48,618 nucleotides of DNA from Solirubrobacterales bacterium (GTDB lineage Bacteria; Actinomycetota; Thermoleophilia; Solirubrobacterales; Solirubrobacteraceae), in NCBI GenBank assembly GCA_025964155.1, contig JAOPZJ010000025.1, positions 1 through 48,618 on the forward strand, given 5' to 3'. The notes under the pieces were generated by a model. The model was given only the letters and a program-made list of their open reading frames with translations. It did not search any database and was not told the DNA's origin. Numbering within the stretch: the stretch's first letter is position 1; every line of letters starts with the position of its first letter. Shown one piece after another: positions 28,724 through 37,380 of this stretch. The position numbers were made by a program, and so were the translations under genes.

Positions 28724-29956
28724 ATGCCGACCGGCGCGTCGAAGACGGCCCCTATGCCGCGCATCCGCTTCGTCCGCGCCCGCTCCGGGGAGACCCGTCG
28801 ACGCGTGGGCGTACGATTAACAGCGCTCGTCACGATGCTCCTGGTGGGCGCGGTCGGGCCGGCCGCGCCGAGCGGCGCAGTCGCCCGCGGGGCTGACCCG
28901 GGTCCCAAAGCCTCGATGATGCGCGACTACGTTGCCCACACCGCCTCGCTCTCACCGGTCCCTGCCGCGCCGTTGCAGTTCGGGATCTACCCTGGCGGTG
29001 CCGCCGGCACCGTCGGCCCGTCCGGGCAGGTGAAGCCCGAGGTCGCCGCCCTTCGCCTCGCCGCGCTGGAGCAGCTCCGCGGCGACAAGCCGTTCGCCGT
29101 CCATCTGTACGAGTCCTACACGCGCCCTGCCGACGGCGACAGCGTCCCGTCCTGGCTGGCCGACCAGATCCTGGAGTACACCGCGAATGGCTTCGAGGTC
29201 GACCTCGTCCTCGCCTATCGCCCCGTCGCCGCGGCGGGCGACAGCGCAGGATTTGCCGCCTTCGCCCGCCGGCGCGTACGCCAACTCGGCGGCAACCGCG
29301 GGGTCACGAGCCTGCAGGTCACCAACGAGGCCAACATCGCCGGCGCGCCGAACGCCGCCGACGGCGCGTATCGCGGTGCGTCGGACGCCCTCGTCAAGGG
29401 CGTGATCGCGGCGAAGGACGAAGTGCGCCGCGGCGGGTTCACGCACCTGCAGGTCGGCTTCAACTGGGCCTACGGGACCGGCAAGCAGGAGGCGAGCTTC
29501 TGGAGCACGCTCGGCAAGAAGGGCGGGCGCACCTTCGCCTCCGCCGTCGACTGGGTGGGGCTCGACGCCTATCCCGGCACCTGGGGCCCGCCGCTCGCCG
29601 GCGCCACTCTAGGCGCCGGCGCCCGCTCGGCGACGCTCGATGCGCTGCGCGCGCTGCGCTCGAACTACCTGCCGAGGGCCGGCCTGGGCGACAAGCCGCT
29701 GCACTTCTCCGAGAGCGGCTACCCGACGGGCTCGGGCCGTACGGAGCAGATGCAGGTCTCCGTATTGCGGGCGGTCGTCGCGGCCATCGTGGACTACCGG
29801 CAGCAGTACGACGTGACCGCCTACCGGTGGTTTGACCTGCGCGACGCCGACTCGGCGAACCCGAGCTTCGAGAGCCAGTACGGGATCACGCGGGACGACT
29901 ACAGCCCCAAGGCCGGCTTCTCGGCCTACCACGACCTCGTCGCCACGTTCGGCTGA
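28724..29956 (+). CDS. Secreted clan GH-A-like (TIM barrel) glycoside hydrolase, family unassigned
   Basis: Hydrophobic signal (LTALVTMLLVGAV), QVTNEAN, GLDAYP, FSESGYPT, WFDLRD, YGI...DYSPK. Start uncertain (28724/28754/28805). Confidence 0.7.
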   Translation: MPTGASKTAPMPRIRFVRARSGETRRRVGVRLTALVTMLLVGAVGPAAPSGAVARGADPGPKASMMRDYVAHTASLSPVPAAPLQFGIYPGGAAGTVGPSGQVKPEVAALRLAALEQLRGDKPFAVHLYESYTRPADGDSVPSWLADQILEYTANGFEVDLVLAYRPVAAAGDSAGFAAFARRRVRQLGGNRGVTSLQVTNEANIAGAPNAADGAYRGASDALVKGVIAAKDEVRRGGFTHLQVGFNWAYGTGKQEASFWSTLGKKGGRTFASAVDWVGLDAYPGTWGPPLAGATLGAGARSATLDALRALRSNYLPRAGLGDKPLHFSESGYPTGSGRTEQMQVSVLRAVVAAIVDYRQQYDVTAYRWFDLRDADSANPSFESQYGITRDDYSPKAGFSAYHDLVATFG

Positions 29957-30987
29957 GTCACCCGCTTCAGTCCCGCCGCGAACGCGTGCTGCGCGGCGAG
30001 CGAGCTCTCGATGCGCCAGTCCGCCTCCTTGTTGACGTCGAACCACACGAGGCTGCGGACGTAGGACCGACGCACGAGGTCCGCGAACATGTCGCGTATC
30101 CACGCCGCCTTGTCCCCGCCCTCGTCGGTGGAACCGACCTCGGCGATCTCGATCGGCTTGCCAGGGGCAAGCCGGTGGAGGCTGTCCAGCGTGCCATCGA
30201 AGGCCGCGGGAAACGGGCGCCAGCGGTGGGCGAAGAGCCGCGTGCCCCCGTTGAAGCCGGAGACGCCGACGACGTCGACCTGGGCGTCGCCGGGATAGAG
30301 GATCGATGGGACGGCGCCGGTCACGGGCGCCCAGATCCAGGTGACGTTGTCGGCCCCCTCGCGGTGGAAGATCGCGCGAACGTGCCTCCACGCCGCGCGG
30401 AAGTCCCCCGGATGGTTGCCGTTCGCCCGCTCGGCCCACGGGTACCATGTGCCGTTCATCTCCTGGGCGAAGCGGATGCGCACGGGCCCGCCGTAGGCGG
30501 CGATCGCCCGCGCCCAACGCACGAGGTAGGCGTCGTGGCGGCCGTCGGTGATCGTCCGGAGCCGGTAGCCGGGCTGGGCGGAGCCAAGCGGTCGCGTGGA
30601 GTCCCAAGGCTCCCACGCGATCTCCGGCGTGCTGCCGCGAGCCGCCACCGCACGGGCCTGCGCGGCGTCGAACCGGGCCGTGTGCGCCCAGTCGGCAAAC
30701 CACATGACGGTGTCCGCGTGGCGGTGCGCGTGCCGCTCGAAGGCGGCGACCGCGTCGAGATCGCTCGCGCGCCACGGGCGGTACGCGTTGCGGGCCAGCG
30801 CAAGGGTGGTCACGCCGAGGCGGAGCGCGGGCGGCGGGTCCAGCGCGGGCACCGGGGCCGGCACCGAGCCGCGGCTGCTGGCACCGGTGAACTGCAGGGC
30901 GACGAGCACGACGACGGCGCCGATGAGCACCACGCTCACGAGCGTCTCGCGCCAGCGGCGCCGCGGCCTGCCGCCGTCCGGGCTCAC
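29926..30987 (-). CDS. GH26 family glycoside hydrolase with N-terminal membrane anchor
   Basis: IAWEPW, DGRHDAY, RFAQEMNGTWYPW (acid/base), YPGDAQVDVVG..GFN, IAEVGS (nucleophile), WFD. GTG start is coupled to the GT2 stop. Confidence 0.9.
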   Translation of the reverse strand: MSPDGGRPRRRWRETLVSVVLIGAVVVLVALQFTGASSRGSVPAPVPALDPPPALRLGVTTLALARNAYRPWRASDLDAVAAFERHAHRHADTVMWFADWAHTARFDAAQARAVAARGSTPEIAWEPWDSTRPLGSAQPGYRLRTITDGRHDAYLVRWARAIAAYGGPVRIRFAQEMNGTWYPWAERANGNHPGDFRAAWRHVRAIFHREGADNVTWIWAPVTGAVPSILYPGDAQVDVVGVSGFNGGTRLFAHRWRPFPAAFDGTLDSLHRLAPGKPIEIAEVGSTDEGGDKAAWIRDMFADLVRRSYVRSLVWFDVNKEADWRIESSLAAQHAFAAGLKRVTQPNVATRSW

Positions 30988-32777
30988 CGCAGCGCCGCCA
31001 CCATGGGCGTCCACGCGACGGCCGTCGCCAGCCCCGTCGCACCGCACACGCACAGCAGCCCGACGAGCAGCCCGCCCCGCATCGCGAGCGCCCCGGAGAA
31101 GCTGCCCGCGCGAGCGCGCAGGTCGCGCAACTCGAGCCCCGCGGAGGCCACGAGCAGGCCGACCACCATCGCGACGTTGAGCAACACGAGGGCGAGGTAG
31201 CCCTCCGTCGGCCCGGCCCCGATCAGGAGGCGAAAGGCGGCAACGGCGCCGAGGCCGAGGCCGACGAGCAGGAACTGTGGCCCGTACAGGGTGAGCGCGC
31301 TCGGGAGCGTGATCACCGTCTGCCCCTTCGGGGTGATCATGTAGGGGCGCTTGATGCGCAAGAGCACGTTGATGAACGCCCACAGGACGATCGGCCACCG
31401 GACGACCTCGACCAGCAGCCCGCGCCACGAGAGGCGCACGCCTGCCGGCTGGAAGAAGTCGCGGCTCCACCACCACATGAAGCTCGACATCGCGAGCATC
31501 GCGAGATGGAAGGTCAGGAAGCGGCTGACCGACACGGTGGCCATCGCACGCCCGCTGAGCAGGGAGACGATCGGCAGCGCCCAGAGGCACGCGATCGACA
31601 GTGACCAAAGCGGATACCAGGTCTGGGCCACCAGGAACTGGAACGTCTGGGCAGGGCGGTAGTGGCGCACGAGCCGCGGGGTGTGGTGCAGGAGAATCTG
31701 CATCATCGAGTACGCCCAGGCGAACTGCTGCCCGAGGTAGGTCTGCAGATCCTCGGGGCCGTCGCCCGTCGCGATGATCTCTGGGACGTACACGCCACGG
31801 TAGCCGTGTGCCGCGAGCACGACGGTGTCGAGGTGGTCCTCGGCCCGCGTCGGTTGGAAGCCGCCGATCTCGCGGATGGCCGACATCCGGTAGGTCGTAT
31901 GCGAGCCGATGATGAACGGGGTCTGGCTGTGGCCGAAGAAGCCCATCTGCAATGGCCCCTGCAGGACGACGTCCTGTTCGGCGAGGCCTCGCGCCGTCCA
32001 GCGATCGAGGTTGCCGCAGACGCTCGGCGCCTGCACCCAGGCGACCTGCGGATCGTCGAGGTGACCGAGCGTCCGGTGCACGTATTCGGTGGTGGGGTGA
32101 TGGTCGATGTCGAGCTGGACGAAGAACTCGTACGCATACCCCTCCCGCTCGACGTGATCGATCCACGCATTGATGTTGCCGGCCTTGGTCTTCGCCTGGA
32201 ACGGCGGAACGGGCTCATTCCAGCGCTCGACCCCCCGGCGACTGAAGTGGCCCACGCCGTACTCGGCGGCGAGCCGCCTGACCTCAGGATCGTCCTCCTC
32301 GTCGAGGATCCAGGTGTCGTGCGGATAACGCACGGCGACGAGCGCCTCGAGCTGGGCGCGGACGACGTCGATGGACTCGTGCGACGGCACGCATGGGGTG
32401 ATGAGCGCGATGCGGCGCCCGGGGCGTGGAGCCCGTGGCAGCGGGCGGCGCATCCGGCCGACGAAGAACCAGTAGAAGGACGGCAGGAACGTCGTGAGGT
32501 AGAAGAGCGGTGCCGTGGCCGCGATGTGCAGGCCGAGCGACCCGACGTGCACGGGCTCCCACCACCACACCCAGAAGCGCACGCATACTGCCGCCCAGGC
32601 GAGCCCGAGGACGCGGTGCGTCCAGCGGCGACTGCTCGACAGCGCCCATTCGGAGGGCAGCGGGCCGATGACGGGCGGAACATCGCGCCGTGGGCGCTCA
32701 AGCGGCGGCGCGCGGACTCCGGCCTCCGGCGCCCCCCAGGGGGCAGCGGTGTCTTGCGAGGTGGGTCGGGGGGGCAT
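30984..32777 (-). CDS. Cellulose-synthase-like processive GT2 glycosyltransferase
   Basis: Two N-terminal TMs, ILDEE, KTKAGNIN, DIDH (DxD), VQAP, AED (TED equivalent), QQFAW (QxxRW variant), C-terminal TMs with ITPK; no PilZ domain. Confidence 0.9.
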   Translation of the reverse strand: MPPRPTSQDTAAPWGAPEAGVRAPPLERPRRDVPPVIGPLPSEWALSSSRRWTHRVLGLAWAAVCVRFWVWWWEPVHVGSLGLHIAATAPLFYLTTFLPSFYWFFVGRMRRPLPRAPRPGRRIALITPCVPSHESIDVVRAQLEALVAVRYPHDTWILDEEDDPEVRRLAAEYGVGHFSRRGVERWNEPVPPFQAKTKAGNINAWIDHVEREGYAYEFFVQLDIDHHPTTEYVHRTLGHLDDPQVAWVQAPSVCGNLDRWTARGLAEQDVVLQGPLQMGFFGHSQTPFIIGSHTTYRMSAIREIGGFQPTRAEDHLDTVVLAAHGYRGVYVPEIIATGDGPEDLQTYLGQQFAWAYSMMQILLHHTPRLVRHYRPAQTFQFLVAQTWYPLWSLSIACLWALPIVSLLSGRAMATVSVSRFLTFHLAMLAMSSFMWWWSRDFFQPAGVRLSWRGLLVEVVRWPIVLWAFINVLLRIKRPYMITPKGQTVITLPSALTLYGPQFLLVGLGLGAVAAFRLLIGAGPTEGYLALVLLNVAMVVGLLVASAGLELRDLRARAGSFSGALAMRGGLLVGLLCVCGATGLATAVAWTPMVAALR

Positions 32778-33156
32778 CGATCATCCTTGGTCGGTGGCAG
32801 GGGCCATCGACGCCGTTTCCCCCCATCAGGTCGTCGGCGGGTGATCGAGGCCGCGCATCCGTGCGCCCCGTCGACGGTAGTGATGGGTACATAATCAACC
32901 GCTTTGCTGGCGCGTTCGCGGCTCATACATCCGGCCAGGGGCGGCGCGATCAAGTCGCGCTCCCGCCGTGGGCAGCCGGTTCCGGCGCGTCGCGAAGTCT
33001 TCGGGACCCGCGTACGTTCGCGCCCTCGCGGTGGTTGAAGCAGACGTCAACACCAGCCCACCGAAGGTCGGACATCCGTCGATGCACACATCGCGTGTCG
33101 ACTCGGGGTGTCCGACCGGATAGCGTCGCCCTTCACCAACTGCAGCAGGAGGTCCC

Positions 33157-34806
33157 ATGTCCCACACGCCGCTCACCCGCCGGCGCTTCATCTCCAGTGC
33201 CGCGGCCGGTGCGGGCGCGATCGTGTTCGCCCCCCAGTCGTTCGCGCTCGGCCTGGCCAACGCCAAGCCCGCACCGCTCTTCCGCGGCGGGCGCTTCGCC
33301 GACGGCGTGATCTCCGGCGACCCGACCCCGAGCGGCGTCACGCTGTGGACCCGCCTCGACGGCGTCGAAGGCCCCGGGCGCGTCGAGCTGGAGATCGCGA
33401 CCGACAAGCTCTTCAAGAAGACCGTGCAGCGCACGCAGATCGCGACGAGCGACAAGGTCGGCCACACCGTCAAGGCGCGCGTGGGCAAGCTCAAGGCCTA
33501 CGAGGAGTACTACTACCGCTTCAGCACGAAGACGGGCGACTCCCGCGTCGGGCGCTTCCGCACGGCTCTGCCCGCCGGCTCGAATCAGCCGGTGAGCTTT
33601 GCGTTCTTCTCGTGCCAGGACTACACGCACGGCTATTACAACGCGCACGAGGTGCTGGCCAAGGGCGACTACGACTTCGTCGTCTGCCTCGGCGACTACA
33701 TCTACGCCGAGAGCTACCACTCGGTGACGGGAACGAAGACCGCGGTCCGTGACGACAAGATCGGCAAGGCGGGCCCGAACAAGTCGATCGTCCGCGAAGC
33801 CCTGACGCTCCAGGACTACCGCGACAAGTACCGCCTCTACCGCTCCGACAAGGCGCTCCAGGACGTCCACGCGAAGTTCCCGATGGTCATGCTCTGGGAC
33901 GACCACGAAGTGCAGGACAACTACGCCGGCAAGGAGCCGAACGGTGGACTGGACGCCGCCAAGCGGTATTCCGCCAAGCGCAAGAAGGACGCCACGCAGG
34001 CCTTCTTCGAGTCGATGCCCGCGTTCGCCGGGGCCAAGGGCGACCGCCTGTACCGCTCGCTGACGTTCGGCAGCTCCGTCGAGCTCATCGTCATGGATCA
34101 GCGCCGGTACCGCGCCGACCAGCCGTGCGGCGACGCCGTCGCGCCGGCGTGCGCAGACTGGGACCAGCCGCGCGACTTCCTCGGCCGCCAGCAGATGGAC
34201 TGGGTCAAGACGCGCCTGTCCAGCTCCAAGGCCGCGTGGAAGATCCTCGCCAACGAGGTGAGCGTGATGCCGACGAAGGTCCTCGGCGACTCGTTCTTCA
34301 CCTTCGACTCCTGGCAGGGCTACCCGCGCGAGCGCGAGGAGCTGCTGACCCACATCCGCGACAAGGCGATCAAGGACGTCGTCTTCGTGACGGGTGACAT
34401 CCACACGTTCATCACCGGCGACGTGCGCACCGACATGGGCAAAGGCGACCCCGTCGCCCTGGAGTTCGTCGGCGGATCGATCACGTCCCAGTCCCTCGGC
34501 GAGACGGACATCGACGCGGGCGGCGGGACCGTCATCAAGGGCAACGACGCCAGCCCCAACACGCCGACCGGCATCATCGACGCCCTGCGCACCGTGAACC
34601 CGTGGGTGGACCAGGCGGACTTCGACCACCACGGCTTCGGCGAAGTCAAGGCCGACGCGAGCGGCCTGCGGTGCGAGCTCGTCCGGCTGGAGACGATCAA
34701 GAAGAAGTCCACGAAAGTCCTGGCCTCCGACCAGTACACGTACGACGTCAAGCGCGGGCAGGCGTCGATCAAGGGCGTCCACGGGCCGCCGGCCAAGCCC
34801 GCCTGA
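33157..34806 (+). CDS. phoD: Alkaline phosphatase D, Tat-exported
   Basis: LTRRRFI Tat signal, GVISGDP, FFSCQDY, LGDYIY, WDDHEVQDN, DQRRYR, DSWQGY, TGDIH. AGGAGG SD. Confidence 0.94.
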   Translation: MSHTPLTRRRFISSAAAGAGAIVFAPQSFALGLANAKPAPLFRGGRFADGVISGDPTPSGVTLWTRLDGVEGPGRVELEIATDKLFKKTVQRTQIATSDKVGHTVKARVGKLKAYEEYYYRFSTKTGDSRVGRFRTALPAGSNQPVSFAFFSCQDYTHGYYNAHEVLAKGDYDFVVCLGDYIYAESYHSVTGTKTAVRDDKIGKAGPNKSIVREALTLQDYRDKYRLYRSDKALQDVHAKFPMVMLWDDHEVQDNYAGKEPNGGLDAAKRYSAKRKKDATQAFFESMPAFAGAKGDRLYRSLTFGSSVELIVMDQRRYRADQPCGDAVAPACADWDQPRDFLGRQQMDWVKTRLSSSKAAWKILANEVSVMPTKVLGDSFFTFDSWQGYPREREELLTHIRDKAIKDVVFVTGDIHTFITGDVRTDMGKGDPVALEFVGGSITSQSLGETDIDAGGGTVIKGNDASPNTPTGIIDALRTVNPWVDQADFDHHGFGEVKADASGLRCELVRLETIKKKSTKVLASDQYTYDVKRGQASIKGVHGPPAKPA

Positions 34807-34815
34807 TACGACGGG

Positions 34816-34843
34816 GGCGCGGGCGGCGTCGGTCGCCCGCGCC
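34816..34843. terminator. Bidirectional hairpin between convergent genes
   Basis: GGCGCGGGCGGC-GTCG-GTCGCCCGCGCC, a 12-bp stem with one G-U pair. Confidence 0.7.
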
Positions 34844-34848
34844 GACCC

Positions 34849-35625
34849 CTACCGACCGACGATCCGGTCCATGACCCGGCCGGCCGCCGCCCGGACCGGC
34901 TGACCGACGATGTACAGCCCCTGGCGCGCGACGTCGCGGGCCTGACGCACGACGACCTCGGCGGCCGTCGGCTCGAAGCGCGCGTTCAGGTGCGCGGCCA
35001 GGTCGTCGCGCAGGTGGCGGTGATCCTCGGGCGTGAGCAGCAGCCGCTCGCGCGCCGGAAGCGTCCCCTCCCAGAAGAGCCCCTGGCGCTCGTCGGTGAC
35101 GGTCATCCGCTCCTGCCAGCGCGACGAGATGCGCAGCGCCCAGTCGTGGTGGATGTCGTGCGACTTGTGGACGAAGACGAGCTCGCCGCCCTCCATCTGC
35201 ACGAACCAGCGCCGCTGCGCGAGCCCGAGGTGCTGGCCGCCGCCCTCGTCGCTCTCGTGCTGCAGCAGCTCGGCGACCACCGTCGGCACCTCGACGTAGC
35301 CGCTGCGCGCCACACGGGAGAGCTCGCGACAGACCCAGATCGGATCGCGCACGTCGGCCAGGGTCATGATGCAGACCGCCACGTCGAACTGCCCGTCGCG
35401 AAACGGCCACGGCTCGCGGTCGCACATGTCGCGCGTGACCCACGTGCGGGAGGTGAAGCGCTCACGGCCGTCTCCGTGGCTGCCGTCGGGGCCTCGCGTG
35501 TCGTAGGGCTGGGCGTCGAGCACCCAGTCCGCGCGTGTCAGCGGCGCGCCCCACCCACCCACGTCGAGCACGAGGGCGTCGCCGGGCGTCGCCGTCTCAA
35601 GTCGCTCGAGGGCCGCTTGCAGCAT
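34849..35625 (-). CDS. Class I SAM-dependent methyltransferase-like protein
   Basis: LVLDVGGW, DMCD..PWPFRDGQFDVAVC, DVRDP...CRELSRVARSGYVEVP. TACCCT -10 lies 7 nt upstream. Confidence 0.8.
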   Translation of the reverse strand: MLQAALERLETATPGDALVLDVGGWGAPLTRADWVLDAQPYDTRGPDGSHGDGRERFTSRTWVTRDMCDREPWPFRDGQFDVAVCIMTLADVRDPIWVCRELSRVARSGYVEVPTVVAELLQHESDEGGGQHLGLAQRRWFVQMEGGELVFVHKSHDIHHDWALRISSRWQERMTVTDERQGLFWEGTLPARERLLLTPEDHRHLRDDLAAHLNARFEPTAAEVVVRQARDVARQGLYIVGQPVRAAAGRVMDRIVGR

Positions 35626-35676
35626 CTGGGCCAGGGTACCCCCGGCGACCGGCCGCTGCTCTGGCCGCGGGGGCTT

Positions 35677-36624
35677 CTACAGCCGGACGGTCTGCGCCGC
35701 GACACGTCCGGCGCGATGGGCCGCCAGCGCCGCGGCGGCGATCGCAAGGTCCTGGATCGCCAAGCCCGTGGAGTCGAAGAGCGTGACCGACTCCGGCCCC
35801 GGGCGTCCGGCGGCGTCGCCGGCGAGCACGGCACCGAGATCGGTGACCGCATCGCGCCCGACGAGGCCGGCCTCCACCACCCCGGTGAGCTCGCCGCCGT
35901 GCGAGGCCTGGGCCCACTCGTCGCAGAACAGCGCGCAGGACGCGACCGCTCCGATCGAGGCCTCGGCCTTGCCTGGCCCGTCGGCGCCGAGCATGTTCAG
36001 ATGGGTGCCCGGCCTCAGGTCACCGGCGTCCACGACGATCTCGTGACCGGGGGTCACGCAGCACACGATGTCGCACGCCAGCGCCTGCGCGCGGGAGCCC
36101 ACGCGCCAGCCCAGCTCCTCCGCCAGCGCGCTCGCCACATCCGCTCGTGGGTCGCAGCAGACACCGGGCCCGTAGCCGGCCGTCGCCAGGCAGCGTGCCG
36201 CCCACGCGCCGTTGACGCCGCAGCCGATCAGCCCGACGGTCCGGGCGTCCGGCCGCGCGAGCGCCCGCGCGGCGATCGCGGCGACAGCCCCGGTCCGCAA
36301 CGCCGTCACCGCACCCGCGTCCAGCATCAGCAGCGGGACGCTCGTCCGCGCGTCGTTGACGATCACCACGCCGATCACCGACGGCAGGCCGCTGGACCCG
36401 TTGCCGGGGAACGACGAGATCCACTTGAGCATGGCGAGGTCGCCGCCGCGGGCCGGCATCGCGCGGAAGTCGCCGTGCGGCGGGGACTGCAGGTAGACCT
36501 TGCTCGGCATCACCCACTCGCCGCGGTGGTGGGCGAGGAACGCCTCGCGCACGGCATCGATCGCGGCGGCGGGGCTCACGGCCGCGAAGACGGCGTTGCG
36601 GTCCAGGACGGAGATCTCGCTCAC
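35677..36624 (-). CDS. Ornithine cyclodeaminase / mu-crystallin / alanine dehydrogenase family protein
   Basis: GDFRAMPA, KWISSFPGN...GLPSV, TALRTGA, GLIGCGV, GADGPGKAE, LFDSTGLAIQD. Confidence 0.92.
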   Translation of the reverse strand: MSEISVLDRNAVFAAVSPAAAIDAVREAFLAHHRGEWVMPSKVYLQSPPHGDFRAMPARGGDLAMLKWISSFPGNGSSGLPSVIGVVIVNDARTSVPLLMLDAGAVTALRTGAVAAIAARALARPDARTVGLIGCGVNGAWAARCLATAGYGPGVCCDPRADVASALAEELGWRVGSRAQALACDIVCCVTPGHEIVVDAGDLRPGTHLNMLGADGPGKAEASIGAVASCALFCDEWAQASHGGELTGVVEAGLVGRDAVTDLGAVLAGDAAGRPGPESVTLFDSTGLAIQDLAIAAAALAAHRAGRVAAQTVRL

Positions 36625-36646
36625 GGCGTGGCATGATGCCGCACGC

Positions 36647-36871
36647 ATGCCCAACCGTCGCCCTCAGCTGAAGATGGTCGTCAGCTCCGCCGCGTCCGAG
36701 GCGGAGGCCGCCGCGGTGATCGCGGCGGTCGAGCAGTTCCTGCGCGACACCGCGCCGACGCTCGTCAGCGCAGAGCCGCGGCAGGATCCGTGGCTGCGGG
36801 CCGCGCTGCTCGAGCAGACCGGCCGCGAGCCGGACGGCCCCACCGAGTGGGGCGACGCGCACCCCTGGTAG
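36647..36871 (+). CDS. Small protein resembling acyl-CoA carboxylase epsilon subunit
   Basis: 74 aa: helix SEAEAAAVIAAVEQF, Pro-rich linker, DPWLRAALLE, C-terminal W..HPW. CATGAT -10-like box upstream. Confidence 0.6.
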   Translation: MPNRRPQLKMVVSSAASEAEAAAVIAAVEQFLRDTAPTLVSAEPRQDPWLRAALLEQTGREPDGPTEWGDAHPW

Positions 36872-36913
36872 CGAGCGCGAACGCGCCAGCTTCACCCTCG
36901 CGTCACGCGGACC

Positions 36914-36939
36914 TGTCGATTTCGCGCTCTGCTTGCGTC
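36914..36939 (+). promoter_or_regulatory. ECF42-type sigma promoter
   Basis: TGTCGA (36914-36919), 16-nt spacer, CGTC (36936-36939) upstream of the DGPF gene. Matches the motif described for Streptomyces ECF42 sigma factors. Confidence 0.75.
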
Positions 36940-37002
36940 AAGAGAGCGAACCCGGCCAGCGCGCACCCGGCGCACCGGCCACACGATCAGACGGAGGCCG
37001 TC

Positions 37003-37368
37003 ATGCAGTACATGCTCCTCATCTTCACCGCGCCCGAGAAGACCCCGCAGCCCGGCACGCCCGAGGAAGGCGCCGCGATGGGCGCCGAGTGGTTCCAGTA
37101 CACCACCGCGCTGCAGGAGGCGGGCGTGTATGTCGCCGGTGACGCCCTGCACCCCGCCGACACCGCCTCCACGGTCCGCGTGCGGGACGGTGAGCGCCTC
37201 GTCACCGACGGGCCGTTCGCCGAGACGAAGGAGTGGCTCGGCGGCTACTACCTGATCGACGTGCCGGACCTCGACACCGCGCTCGACTGGGCGTCGAAGA
37301 TGCCGAACATCACCTACGGGTCGGTCGAGGTGCGCCCGATCCTGGTGTTCGACGGCCAGCCCGCCTGA
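37003..37368 (+). CDS. YciI / DGPF-domain protein
   Basis: MQYMLLI, GDALHP, TDGPFAETKEWLGGYY, GSVEVRP. GGAGG SD. Confidence 0.95.
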   Translation: MQYMLLIFTAPEKTPQPGTPEEGAAMGAEWFQYTTALQEAGVYVAGDALHPADTASTVRVRDGERLVTDGPFAETKEWLGGYYLIDVPDLDTALDWASKMPNITYGSVEVRPILVFDGQPA

Positions 37369-37380
37369 GCACCGACCCGC

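Noticed and set aside
32778-33030. c-di-GMP riboswitch upstream of the GT2 synthase
   Set aside because: A GCAAAG is present on the minus strand, but I could not find the paired stems or tetraloop/receptor pattern. An Rfam scan would be decisive.
28624-33100. Bona fide mobile element or genomic island with defined ends
   Set aside because: No integrase, transposase, tRNA or flanking direct repeat found. Only a visual compositional shift supports acquisition.
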